A stretch of 64,000 nt of DNA, taken from the IMG/VR virus record IMGVR_UViG_3300037225_000466, positions 12,845 to 76,844 of that record; one strand, written 5' to 3'. This stretch comes from a virus. Shown in pieces: positions 1 to 7,359 of this stretch; positions within the stretch are counted from its first letter, which is position 1, and the number at the start of each line of letters is the position of its first letter. The notes below the pieces were generated by a model. The model saw only the letters and a list, made by a program, of their open reading frames with translations. It was not told the DNA's origin and did no database searches. Made by a program: the position numbers and the translations under genes.

Positions 1-273
1 CACCTTGCCTCTTGTCTTTTCTGGGACAAAAATATTATTCATACCGTCGTTTTTCATTAATAAACTATTTGCGAGGACTATTTCATCGAGTTCAAACTTG
101 TATTCTGGAAAATTAAAAGTCTCTTCCATCGGTTCTAATCCTAAATACCTTCGCTCAAAATCCCTGTCATACGCATCTCTCGCTTCTTCATACGTAAAGA
201 TTGCCCCTATATGTTTTGACCTATATCCTGAACCACCACTCCCCAATGAAAAACCTGTCCCTAAACTTGGCAT
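1..273 (-). CDS. Hypothetical protein, runs off the window start (MPSLGTGFSLGSGGSGYRSKH...)
   Basis: Own translation: GGAGGAG RBS before ATG at 273, open to position 1; same strand as neighbours. Confidence 0.7.
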   Translation of the reverse strand, partial: MPSLGTGFSLGSGGSGYRSKHIGAIFTYEEARDAYDRDFERRYLGLEPMEETFNFPEYKFELDEIVLANSLLMKNDGMNNIFVPEKTRGKV

Positions 274-281
274 ATCTCCTC

Positions 282-848
282 CTATATTTTCACATTTAAA
301 AAACTTCCTGCTCCGCAGTTTGCGGAAATCAGGCTGGAATATGCTCGACTCTGGTCGATTTTCTGCATTTTTTGTGCGAGACTTAATACGTTTTGGGCAT
401 ATTTATTGCCGTGAAAATCCACTCTCGCCAAATACCAGCGTGTCTCTTTGTAGATATTCTGGAATTTTGGCGGTTTCTCTTTATGCCCGTATTGGCGTTT
501 TACCATGTTCCGCAAATATCCTATCCCACCTGAATAAGCGGTGAGAATTGCGAGTTGACTGCCTCTGTATTCACGATTAAACCTTGCTAAATAGTTCTTC
601 ACTCCGCAACGCAAACTTGCCCGTGTCTCTTTCGGACCCCCTTTGACCTGCATTGTATTTGCTCCCCAGTTACATTCCCAACTCGCTACTGCATAGACTA
701 AATATATCTTGACAGGATAAGTCTTGACAAGACTCTCAACATAATCCCCGTACTTTGCCCGTGCTTTGAAATAACGAGACCAGTTGATGTCACGGGCGGA
801 TAGACTTGTCGTAAACAAAAGAAATATTATTAATAATTTTTTAATCAT
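282..848 (-). CDS. Secreted lysozyme-fold / lytic transglycosylase (SLT)-like protein
   Basis: Signal-peptide-like N-terminus; AVASWEC (catalytic Glu region), NTMQV, and ILTAYSGGIG resembling the SLT AYNAG motif. Confidence 0.55.
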   Translation of the reverse strand: MIKKLLIIFLLFTTSLSARDINWSRYFKARAKYGDYVESLVKTYPVKIYLVYAVASWECNWGANTMQVKGGPKETRASLRCGVKNYLARFNREYRGSQLAILTAYSGGIGYLRNMVKRQYGHKEKPPKFQNIYKETRWYLARVDFHGNKYAQNVLSLAQKMQKIDQSRAYSSLISANCGAGSFLNVKI

Positions 849-1108
849 TTTTCACCTCTTTTTAATGGAAAAATTTCAAGCGATTCTTTATCGCCATCTG
901 TGAATGGGTGTGGCAAATTCCTCGCTAATAACGATGGGAGATTGTCGAGATACTCCAATTCATCCCCGTCCCACCAAGCATTTTTCTCACCTGTCGGATT
1001 CCCGCCACCAAAATAGTCAATACTGAGATGTTTTTGAGTCCCCTCAATTACAAATGCTATTGCTCCTTCGGGCGTTCGGACAAAATCCAAAGGCTGTATT
1101 TTACTCAT
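845..1108 (-). CDS. Hypothetical protein
   Basis: ORF track 845..1132; GGAGAGG RBS favours the MSKIQ start at 1108. Confidence 0.6.
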   Translation of the reverse strand: MSKIQPLDFVRTPEGAIAFVIEGTQKHLSIDYFGGGNPTGEKNAWWDGDELEYLDNLPSLLARNLPHPFTDGDKESLEIFPLKRGEK

Positions 1109-1397
1109 CTTCCTCTCCATACATTTTTTCAAAATCTTCTGGCTTGAATATACTGATGAAATAGTAGTCTCTGCCCATATCTCTTGGGTCTTTTACCACA
1201 TAGTTGTCTTTGCGTAATGCGAAAGCCTGCCAAGGTGTCGCAATATACATATACTTTCCTTTTGAATCTTCTTTTTCCTCGTATTCAGTCAATGCCATAA
1301 ATTCGGAAATATCCTTAATGTTTCCTCCAGTGAATTGAACCGCCTCAATTTCATAGGGCTTCGCCTTGTATTTTTTAATCATTGTCTTTCTCTCCAA
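1101..1397 (-). CDS. Conserved phage hypothetical protein (KKYKAKPYEIEAVQFTG family)
   Basis: N-terminal K.P..IEAVQF motif and C-terminal KPEDFEKMY are typical of a common small phage family. Confidence 0.6.
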   Translation of the reverse strand: MERKTMIKKYKAKPYEIEAVQFTGGNIKDISEFMALTEYEEKEDSKGKYMYIATPWQAFALRKDNYVVKDPRDMGRDYYFISIFKPEDFEKMYGEEDE

Positions 1398-1563
1398 TTA
1401 CTTCAACAACACCAAGTCCGTCGCAGAAATCGCATTTCTGTAATGTTTCGACAATTACATTCGGTTCCATCTGTGAAGGGATATAGGCTTTCACATATTT
1501 CTCTCCCCTACATTTCGGACATTGCACGAATCTTTCGAGTTCCTCTTTACGGTAGGATTTCAT
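1375..1563 (-). CDS. Small zinc-finger protein (DnaJ-type CxxCxG repeats)
   Basis: CPKCRG and CDFCDGLG. Confidence 0.6.
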   Translation of the reverse strand: MKSYRKEELERFVQCPKCRGEKYVKAYIPSQMEPNVIVETLQKCDFCDGLGVVEVIGEKDND

Positions 1564-1850
1564 TCTTCCTCCAAAAATTTATGATACAATTTTTTCATTC
1601 CATTCACAGCAGCTCCGACATTGTCGTCTTCATGCCGCAATTCGTTAATCTCTCGGATAATATTCCGAACTCGGATTTCACTACGATTAAAGTAATCTCC
1701 AATCCACTTCTGAGGCATCCCAGCCTCCATGTGTAAAACGTAAAATAAGATTTTGCAGGCTAATCCGTTTTCCTTCGTTCGGCGTTTCTTGGAATTTATG
1801 TCAATCTTATTTTCAAGAATGACTTGTTTGATAAATTTTTCAATAGCCAT
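1560..1850 (-). CDS. HTH protein resembling DnaA C-terminal DNA-binding domain
   Basis: GMPQKWIGDYFNRSEIRVRNII resembles the DnaA domain IV helix-turn-helix. Confidence 0.45.
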   Translation of the reverse strand: MAIEKFIKQVILENKIDINSKKRRTKENGLACKILFYVLHMEAGMPQKWIGDYFNRSEIRVRNIIREINELRHEDDNVGAAVNGMKKLYHKFLEEE

Positions 1851-1895
1851 TTTTGCCCTCTTTTAAGCCCGTAGTTAAACTTTTGAATTTACCCG

Positions 1896-2138
1896 TCACT
1901 TTGTATGAGTCGGGTCGTTATTTCTTTCCTGACGTTCCGCCTGTGCCTCTGGCGGGGTATTTTCTTCTGGGAAGTAAAGTTGCTTATAATATTCTTTGGC
2001 TTTTCCCCGCCAATAACTGGCTTCGTTTCGCATAGCGTCCAACATATCCGCTGTCGCACTCAACATTTTTTCTAAGCACCCATTGGTTTGCTCGCTCTGG
2101 CTTAGTTCTTCTTCTAAAAATTTGTCTTGCTTTGCCAT
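1896..2138 (-). CDS. Hypothetical coiled-coil protein
   Basis: ORF track; AGGAGG RBS. Confidence 0.6.
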   Translation of the reverse strand: MAKQDKFLEEELSQSEQTNGCLEKMLSATADMLDAMRNEASYWRGKAKEYYKQLYFPEENTPPEAQAERQERNNDPTHTK

Positions 2139-2149
2139 ATTTCCTCCTG

Positions 2150-3952
2150 TTAGAACGGGGGTTTATCGTCATCATCCTCTTGGTTATACCAAAATTCCTG
2201 TTCCCGACTTAGCCCTAAATAGTTTTTATCTAAAAATGAACCTTCGTATCTTGTGACTCCTTGTTCGTAAAATCTCTGAGACTTAACATCAAAATCAAAT
2301 TTGACAGTCCCTGTCTCGCCCATGTAATTGTGCTTGACTTTATTGATAAACACTGCGGAATACTTGGTTTGGTTTAACTCTCTGTCAAATTCTCGCCAAA
2401 TAGTCATGCCTATTTCCGCCTTATTATAGAACTGTGCCGACCCTGAGCAGTCGTAAAGTGTAGGTATCTCGTACTGAGAAGAGCTTGCCTTCCGCCTCAT
2501 TTTCGCTGGGTGAACCACAAGGAATAAATGTAGCCCATGCTCACGCTCAAAATAAATTAGTTTATTCAAGGTCTTTTTCGTGTATTCGGTTTCTGTGTCT
2601 TGCCCGTAGTTGTGTTCTAAACAATTCCAAGGATCAATCACCAAACTCTTAATTCCCTCTTTTAAAGTTAAATAAGCCGCCGCATCGAGAATATTTTGGA
2701 CTGTATAATTCTCATTTTCAGGCAAAATCCAGAAAAAGTGTTTGTTTATAAACTCCATAGCCTCGTCTTTTTCTTCGCAACTCATTCGGTTATTATAGAA
2801 CGGAGTAAGGTTTTTCCCGATTAAAATTCTACAAAGCCTCTCTAAATGAATTTCAATTTTAGCGTTCTCAGGTGAGAAGACACCAAACTTCCAACCATTC
2901 ATAACCGCCAAAAAAACCATTAAGTTATCCATGAAATTGCTTTTGCCGTGACTTGGCACGCCAACAATTACCGTGAAACAACTATCAAAAAATTTTAGCT
3001 TTTTGTTAAAATTATTCCACCCCACCACTGCTCCGCTCGGATACCCGTTCTCATAGATATTCATTAGTTCGTCACTGCGTTCGTGTGCGTAGTGTATGCC
3101 CTCAACTGGGTACATTTCCGCCCTGTCCACACAATTCTGTAATTCTTCTTTGCCGAATTTTACCAAAACTTCATTTGCGTCCTTACAACCGTCAGGGAAT
3201 CTGACAATCCAACATCTACGTTTTCCTAATCTTCTTGCAAGTTCTTCCCGAAGTTTAATTCCAGGATTATCCGTATCGGTCGCCAAATAGATTTTTTGCA
3301 TATCGACAAAATACTCGGCACAGTTATCGAGATAAGATAATTTTGAAATAAGATTTTTTGCGTTTGGATTAATTGCTCCATCTGGAACGCTAATTGCATT
3401 TTCAAATCCAGCAACCTCGAAAGAAAGGCTATCGATTTCACCTTCGCAAATCAGACACTCGCTTTCATTTTCGATATCGTTCAATTTGTAAAATATCTTC
3501 GCCGCATCTTTTACTTGAGAGAAATGTTTATCTTTATCCCGATATTTGATATTAATCAAATCTTCACCGACAAAATAATTAAAACAAATACATTCCGCTT
3601 CTTTTCCAATCTCAGCAATATAAACTTTATCCTTCGTAATTCGATTCCGCTCGATTACAGATTTGGTGATCCCCCGTTTCTCGAACCATTCAAAAGTTTT
3701 GTCCGTAGGTGGGACTAATTCTTTTTTTATTGGCACAAAAACTGGTCTCTCTACTTTTCTTTTTTCGTGGAGCGAACCTGTCCACCCACAATTACTTGAA
3801 AAGCACTGCCAAGTCTGGAGCTGAGTATTAACCGCTAAATCCTTAGAGGTTACACGTCCACCTTTACGCCTCAAGCACTTAGGGCAATAAGTCCTTTGCT
3901 CTTCGTCGCCAGTAAGTCGAATTCCCTCTATCCCAAAGTCTTCATAAGTCAT
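2150..3952 (-). CDS. Bifunctional DNA primase-helicase (T7 gp4/Twinkle-like)
   Basis: Zn ribbon CPKC...CFSSNC; TOPRIM ICEGEID and ATDTDNPG; KDANE; Walker A GVPSHGKS; LVIDPWN; VVHP; YDCSGSAQFYNKA. Confidence 0.93.
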   Translation of the reverse strand: MTYEDFGIEGIRLTGDEEQRTYCPKCLRRKGGRVTSKDLAVNTQLQTWQCFSSNCGWTGSLHEKRKVERPVFVPIKKELVPPTDKTFEWFEKRGITKSVIERNRITKDKVYIAEIGKEAECICFNYFVGEDLINIKYRDKDKHFSQVKDAAKIFYKLNDIENESECLICEGEIDSLSFEVAGFENAISVPDGAINPNAKNLISKLSYLDNCAEYFVDMQKIYLATDTDNPGIKLREELARRLGKRRCWIVRFPDGCKDANEVLVKFGKEELQNCVDRAEMYPVEGIHYAHERSDELMNIYENGYPSGAVVGWNNFNKKLKFFDSCFTVIVGVPSHGKSNFMDNLMVFLAVMNGWKFGVFSPENAKIEIHLERLCRILIGKNLTPFYNNRMSCEEKDEAMEFINKHFFWILPENENYTVQNILDAAAYLTLKEGIKSLVIDPWNCLEHNYGQDTETEYTKKTLNKLIYFEREHGLHLFLVVHPAKMRRKASSSQYEIPTLYDCSGSAQFYNKAEIGMTIWREFDRELNQTKYSAVFINKVKHNYMGETGTVKFDFDVKSQRFYEQGVTRYEGSFLDKNYLGLSREQEFWYNQEDDDDKPPF

Positions 3953-4263
3953 AAGTAAACTGATTTCATGTGATAAATATTCTCAAATTCTTCTAAAAAA
4001 TCTGCTGGCATCCAAAATGCTTTATGCCATTTTTCGACAAAATCTTTCATAGTATGTTGAAATTGCTCCAATTTCCATCCATTTTTAATGAAAATATTAA
4101 AAGTATATTTCGCTTTTTTATAAGCCTTTCCCTCTGTTTTTGAATAATCTTCTGGAAAAACTGTGTCTAAAATAGAGAGAAATTCCTCAAAATGCTCAAT
4201 AGACAATAGGTTCTTTGAGCTGCACTCTTGATAATAAGTCAGTTCCGCCATTATTCCTCCCAT
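3949..4263 (-). CDS. Hypothetical protein between initiator and helicase (possible loader-like)
   Basis: ORF track; position; FWMPADF motif. Confidence 0.45.
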   Translation of the reverse strand: MGGIMAELTYYQECSSKNLLSIEHFEEFLSILDTVFPEDYSKTEGKAYKKAKYTFNIFIKNGWKLEQFQHTMKDFVEKWHKAFWMPADFLEEFENIYHMKSVYL

Positions 4264-4972
4264 TATTTTGTGCTCGTGAAAGCCAACTGTTAATAAATCT
4301 CAAGACACCGCTTGGTGTTTTTGTGTTTTTAGGATTGGATAGACACCAAGCCTTCATTTCTTTCATCGCTTGTAAAACATCAACAGCAGGATAGGTTTCT
4401 TTAAACATCTCAAATTCCCTTTTACAAATCGGACACTCACCTCCTATAACAGGCATTGAGAAAATAATTTCTTTTTCTTCTTGCTCAAAGGGAATTTGGT
4501 TTTCCAAATTCAGCTTTGAGCTATTTATTCTTTCTTTATTTCTTCTCTTCTTAATTTCTTCTATAATGATAGGGGTTTGCCCTTTGCTTGCCCTTTGCTT
4601 GCCCTCCACTTGCCCATCTGCTTGCCCTACGACAATATCAGAGTCTTGGTATGTTTCCCAATTTAAAATGGTTATGAGATGCCCGCAGTTTGCCGTTTCC
4701 ATTGCCAAAAAATCGTGTTTCCTTAATTTTTCTAAAGAACATCTAATTTTTTTAGTGCTGGAGCCACTTCCCGAAGCCTCCTTTATTTCTTTTAAGGAAA
4801 GTATTTTTTGCCCTGGATTTAGGGTAATTTCTTCCCCTTTCCATTCCCCTTTGGTAGTTTCCCATTCCACCAAAAGAAGCAATGTTATTAAAACAACCTT
4901 TTGTGATGGAGTGGAACTATACCAAATAGGACTATTTTTTAGTTTCCTATGAAGTTTTATCCAGCCTGCCAT
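4196..4972 (-). CDS. Phage replication initiator (lambda O/DnaD-like)
   Basis: MAGWIKLHRKL start, ITILNWETYQD, and C-terminal YPAVDV...MKAW...RFINSWLSRAQ are typical replisome-organiser signatures. Confidence 0.85.
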   Translation of the reverse strand: MAGWIKLHRKLKNSPIWYSSTPSQKVVLITLLLLVEWETTKGEWKGEEITLNPGQKILSLKEIKEASGSGSSTKKIRCSLEKLRKHDFLAMETANCGHLITILNWETYQDSDIVVGQADGQVEGKQRASKGQTPIIIEEIKKRRNKERINSSKLNLENQIPFEQEEKEIIFSMPVIGGECPICKREFEMFKETYPAVDVLQAMKEMKAWCLSNPKNTKTPSGVLRFINSWLSRAQNNGRNNGGTDLLSRVQLKEPIVY

Positions 4973-4984
4973 TGATTTTTTGGT

Positions 4985-5182
4985 TTAAATGTTGTAAGGA
5001 TTTATTAAAGGTAAATCATCTGTATCGAGTTCTATATCCTCGATAAAATCGTATTTTTTTCCATCTTCGTATTCTCCTTTTCTTGAGATACTAAGCCATA
5101 CCATGTTGTCTATGCTTGAAATTTCAAATACAGATTCCGTAGCATGACCATTCTCTCCGTGAAAATAAATTCTTATACCCAT
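4985..5182 (-). CDS. Hypothetical protein
   Basis: ORF track; GAGGTG RBS. Confidence 0.55.
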   Translation of the reverse strand: MGIRIYFHGENGHATESVFEISSIDNMVWLSISRKGEYEDGKKYDFIEDIELDTDDLPLINPYNI

Positions 5183-5202
5183 ATAAACACCTCAAAAATA
5201 AA

Positions 5203-5370
5203 CGGACTTACGGCGTGAAACAAGCATATAAACATGGGATAGCCAAGTCGATAGGTTGAACCGTAAGTCCGAAATAAATAATATATTTAATTGTTTTCAT
5301 AGATAACCATCCTATTTTTTATACTTGTTTCACGGGTACAAAAATACGAAAAGAAAATTCAGTTTCCTAA
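5203..5370 (-). promoter_or_regulatory. Promoter plus structured leader 1 (uORF 5208-5300, antisense-loop hairpin)
   Basis: TTAGGAAA-N16-TATTTTTG promoter; 11-bp stem 5203-5213/5261-5271; loop 5214-5240 complementary to 5309-5334. Confidence 0.7.
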
Positions 5371-5398
5371 TTAATTTTTATTTATTGTTTAGGTCGGT

Positions 5399-5722
5399 TT
5401 AAAAACTTTTTTCGATATACTTATTAACAGCGTAATTAACTAATTTCTTTGATTGATGTAAGTAGATACTCTTATCATCATTACTCAATTCATTCCAATC
5501 ATTTATCGAGGGTCTCTTTATTAACGAATTGAGATGTTGCTCAATTTGCAAAATCACAAAAGCAATATCCAGATAAATCATACCCAGGTCAATCTCTGCG
5601 TAATCTTCAAGATGGTCGGGATTTTTAATATTGGCAATCCCCTGCAAATCGAAATTCTGGAGCATAGCACGGTCTTGTTTATTCAACGCAAATTTTACCG
5701 CTTCACTTAACTCTTTGGTCAT
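5399..5722 (-). CDS. Hypothetical protein
   Basis: ORF track; GGAGG RBS. Confidence 0.55.
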   Translation of the reverse strand: MTKELSEAVKFALNKQDRAMLQNFDLQGIANIKNPDHLEDYAEIDLGMIYLDIAFVILQIEQHLNSLIKRPSINDWNELSNDDKSIYLHQSKKLVNYAVNKYIEKSF

Positions 5723-5903
5723 TTAGCCCTCCATATTTATTCACACTGTTAACCTTGCCAGTTCCATGACAGTTACTGCATTGAATTAACATCTGTTGTC
5801 CTTTATAATCTACAACTCCCTTATTTCCGTGTCCCTTACATTCAGGACAACGGTACTTCGGGTTGTATGTCTTGTGCACTAAGTCTAATATATTCTGCTT
5901 CAT
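5703..5903 (-). CDS. Small zinc-finger protein (CxxCxGxG x2)
   Basis: CPECKGHG and CSNCHGTG. Confidence 0.65.
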   Translation of the reverse strand: MKQNILDLVHKTYNPKYRCPECKGHGNKGVVDYKGQQMLIQCSNCHGTGKVNSVNKYGGLNDQRVK

Positions 5904-6636
5904 AGTCGATTTGTTTAAGATATAATATCACTTCACTTAAGTATCTCTCTCGTAATTCACCACTTGCTAATGCCATACGCCAGCAGGTGTCGCCTTGTTC
6001 GTTGCGATTAAGTCTGAAATAAGTCCTGCCTAAATGATACCACGCAAAACCCACATCTTCTTTATCCTCAATCATTTGCTTCAATATGTTAATATTTCTT
6101 TTACATTTTTGTTCTATCTCATTGTCAGGCATATTATAACCACTATGAGTAATATACAAAAGGCTCCTTGGGATCGTGTAAACCTGACCACCTTTTTCTA
6201 TAATATCGTCTCCGATATTTTCGTGAATTCGATGACGAAATCGGTATCCTTGATGAAGTTTGAATAATCTCAACATTGCAGTAGTGGTATCTACGACTTT
6301 ATCGGTTTGATAAATCTTGAATTTTGACTTAATTGTTACAAGGAATCCACAAGGTTCGGAAATTAAATCGAGCCAATTTTTTAGATTAGAAGAAATAATT
6401 GCTTCTTCATCCGAGTCGATACAGAGTCCCCAATCGTATACAATATCTTCATGGGGTTCTTTGTGCGGTGCCTCAGCAGTCATAATTAATGAGTTTCTTG
6501 CTTTTGCAAAATCAGATATATCTTCAAAAGTTGCATTAACATAAGCATTTAAAATGCCTGATTTCCCTCCTCCGAACTTACTTTGATTTACCTCCCAACT
6601 TACATCATGTTGGTTTATAGTCATTCCTACTATCAT
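5842..6636 (-). CDS. GT2-family glycosyltransferase with C-terminal TPR (SunS-like architecture)
   Basis: DFAKARN, DWGLCIDSDEE (DxD), FRHRIHE, HSGY, TPR-like WYHLGRTYF. Confidence 0.8.
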   Translation of the reverse strand: MIVGMTINQHDVSWEVNQSKFGGGKSGILNAYVNATFEDISDFAKARNSLIMTAEAPHKEPHEDIVYDWGLCIDSDEEAIISSNLKNWLDLISEPCGFLVTIKSKFKIYQTDKVVDTTTAMLRLFKLHQGYRFRHRIHENIGDDIIEKGGQVYTIPRSLLYITHSGYNMPDNEIEQKCKRNINILKQMIEDKEDVGFAWYHLGRTYFRLNRNEQGDTCWRMALASGELRERYLSEVILYLKQIDYEAEYIRLSAQDIQPEVPLS

Positions 6637-6679
6637 TTTCCTCTCCTTAATTTTAGGGATATATAAATTTTACTTGCAA

Positions 6680-7159
6680 TCAAACCACACCCCTCATATA
6701 ATCTATTACAATATTAATTATTTCTTCTGGCTTTAGCCACATTTCTAAGTTATAATCCTTGGCGTACCACACATCGTACTGATTGGGTTTGAGATACTTC
6801 CTGTCCTTCAAGATATTGATATTAGTCTCATGCCCGAATATCAGTGGGTCTGAAATTCCCCAAAGTACAACGCCTTTAATTCCGAGACTGTGGCAAAGGT
6901 GCGGGAAAAAATTATCAATTCCTATCCACTTCTCGCCACACTCTTTGATAAATTCTCCTAACTTTTTGATACTCGGAATAAAGCTATACCTGTTCGCACC
7001 AATTAACGCCTCGCCATAAAGTCCTATTTGTATAGTCTCGACCTCCAGAAACCGCAGTTCTTTGACGAGTTCCTTCCAATAAGGGTAATTCTTCGGGCAC
7101 TCACCACCGTCTTTATTTAGAGGGTGGAGACGGCTCCAAGGACTGATAATTAGCTTCAT
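6680..7159 (-). CDS. GT9 (heptosyltransferase-like) C-terminal domain
   Basis: KNYPYWKELV; IGIDNFFPHLCHSLGIKGVVLWG. Confidence 0.7.
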   Translation of the reverse strand: MKLIISPWSRLHPLNKDGGECPKNYPYWKELVKELRFLEVETIQIGLYGEALIGANRYSFIPSIKKLGEFIKECGEKWIGIDNFFPHLCHSLGIKGVVLWGISDPLIFGHETNINILKDRKYLKPNQYDVWYAKDYNLEMWLKPEEIINIVIDYMRGVV

Positions 7160-7359
7160 ATCGTATCGTATAAGTGACTATTTTTATAATCTTTAACTAA
7201 ATCCGTTATTTTACTTGCATTCATCTCGGAGACAATGCTATATCCACCAAAGAAATTATGCTTTTCAATTTTGGCTTCCCTAAGAGTTCTGGAAACAATA
7301 GTATTCACAAGATATAAAACCTTAGCGTCAGTCCACTCAAATTTATTCTCTTTGCTCAT
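7156..7359 (-). CDS. Hypothetical protein inserted in the glyco cluster
   Basis: ORF track; ATGA overlaps on both sides. Confidence 0.55.
   Translation of the reverse strand: MSKENKFEWTDAKVLYLVNTIVSRTLREAKIEKHNFFGGYSIVSEMNASKITDLVKDYKNSHLYDTI

Noticed and set aside
5-544. 179-aa plus-strand ORF and the many other antisense ORFs in the track
   Set aside because: They are shadows of RBS-bearing genes on the opposite strand.
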